The notes under the pieces were generated by a model. It was given only the letters and a program-made list of their open reading frames with translations. It did not search any database and had not been told where the DNA came from. A program made the position numbers and the translations under genes. From Octopus vulgaris (Eukaryota): a stretch of DNA of 64,000 nt. The stretch spans positions 65,534,001-65,598,000 of the forward strand of contig OX597831.1 of the NCBI GenBank assembly GCA_951406725.2, written 5' to 3'. Position 1 is the stretch's first letter. Every line of letters begins with the position of its first letter. Below, one piece after another: positions 62,387-64,000 of this stretch.

Positions 62387-62712
62387 TAAAAAAATTTTAA
62401 ACTTCGTATACTGGTAGAATGTGTTTATAAAACATTTTTTTCTCTTGGCTTTATTGAGAAAATTCTATAGTTTGTAAGATATTTGTTGTTTTTTTGCTTC
62501 AATTTCTGCAATATCAACCAATCAATGACGTCTATTGAGGTAAAAAAGACATTCTGTGCCGTATGAATATGTCCCTCATTTAAGAAACAGATTGGGTTTA
62601 TTTACATTTGTGAAGAAAAAAAGATACCCTTCCCCCACCCCTGACACTAACTAACCCTAACTAACCCTAACCCTAAAACAAATTGAAATCAATAGATCGA
62701 TACTAGGGTTAA
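62387..62712 (+). mobile_element. GGATC-TIR MITE body lacking both TIRs
   Basis: aaacttcgtatactggtagaatgtg...ctaaccctaaccctaaaaca matches the family. Confidence 0.85.
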
Positions 62713-64000
62713 TTTTAAAAGATTTCAATATGAATCTTTGAGGTAAAATAATAAACACCGACATGGAAACGAAGAGCAGCAGTAGAAATGGTTGTTTCAT
62801 AATTTGTTACTGGAATATAATATGATCTGGGATAAGACGAAGATCTCATGGATATAATTTTAAAATGTGACCAAACAATAGATAGTTCCCATATTAGTAG
62901 CAAGGTTATAGTAGTTAAATGTATTTGTTTAACCTGTTTAACGGATGAGATTAAACACACTGGATGTTATATTGTATTTGTTATATGTTAACAGTACGTG
63001 GGACAGAGAGCAACCGTCTTTGTCTGATAAATAGTTCGTGATCAGAAAGGATATTGCCTCAGAAACGTTCAATACGTGATCAAAAATTCTAATAAAATTA
63101 CAAAACTGAGTCTAGCATATGATGTCTACTTATAAATATGTCGATGGTGTTATGTCGATGGTAAACACATGGATGAATGTTAAGCTCATAAATAACAATG
63201 AGGAGAATGGCTTTTGTGGTTTATGTTCTAGAAATGAATTCTATTGTGAGAATAAATTCCGAAGATTCATCAGAAAATGTAAACGGAATAAGTTTTATTT
63301 CATTAGGAATACAAAAAAAAATAGCTATTGTCGAATGTTGTAATAAAGAAGAAGTCATGAAGAGAGGAATTTGAACGATTATTACAATATAAATTGTGAA
63401 TTAGACCTATTTCAAACTCAATGTTTAGCACATTCCTCGCAGGCGTTCTTAATACTCTCAAATATTCCAAGCCGTTTACTAATCACTTCGCGAGAGAAAA
63501 CCCCCACCCCACCAAAAGAAGAAAACGAAGAATAAAGGTATTTGTCGTGTCAAAGTAAAGAATACGGAAGTTAAAATAAAAATATACAGAAGCTAGAAGA
63601 ATATGAAATAGTAAAACTATGGCTACAAAATAATTAGAACACTAATATCAGGGATGAGATGCAACTGGGAAAATAAGGAATAAACAAGAAAAGCAACGTT
63701 AAGACCAATGTTATTTGCAGAAATTAGATTATTTAGATTGTTATAGGTGGAACATAACAGATATGAATCTGTTTATGGTAAACCATAAAACTGAACAGAA
63801 ATTAACAGAAGTGAAAAGTAAAACAAGAAAAAGAATTTAGCGTATTTTTCTTCGCTGCTGGGTAGGTAGCTTAACGAGAAAATGGTATATACCTACCTAC
63901 TACTTGTACCTATTTTCATAAACATTGGAATGGCGCAAAGAGATAGGTTCTGTGTGATTCTGTTTATCTTGGCACAAAATTTAGCGAAATTTGTTTTAAA

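Overview
AT-rich, microsatellite- and transposon-dense animal DNA. The tRNA-derived SINE families, TTAGGG repeats and (TA)n/(CA)n/(TATG)n load suggest an octopus or other coleoid cephalopod (inference). Almost all listed ORFs are microsatellite or repeat artefacts. The only host coding sequence I can support is an 86-nt first coding exon at 34328-34413 (+), MSQAEIGTISELHLHRMNRNRRHTLANVR|gtgagt. It matches, from memory, an alternative N-terminus of the cAMP phosphodiesterase PDE4/dunce, which would make 34414-64000 intronic. The rest is layered mobile DNA: SINEs of at least three families, Penelope-like elements (including a Naiad-like RT plus GIY-YIG), a full-length decayed RTE LINE inside a Tc1-type element, a mariner carrying a stack of ORF1-only Tx1-type retroelements at one triplicated target, telomere-repeat MITEs with 8-bp TSDs, and hAT, mariner and Helitron remnants. 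Best leads: (1) a ~320-nt fold-back element with a near-canonical hammerhead ribozyme at its apex; (2) repeated same-site insertion of ORF1-only retroelements just upstream of a mariner start codon, whose 3' tail is shared with a self-stacking SINE; (3) an HDV-like ribozyme fold at the RTE 5' end and several minimal or variant hammerheads; (4) a SINE array that appears to grow from one end. All alignments and folds were done by eye.
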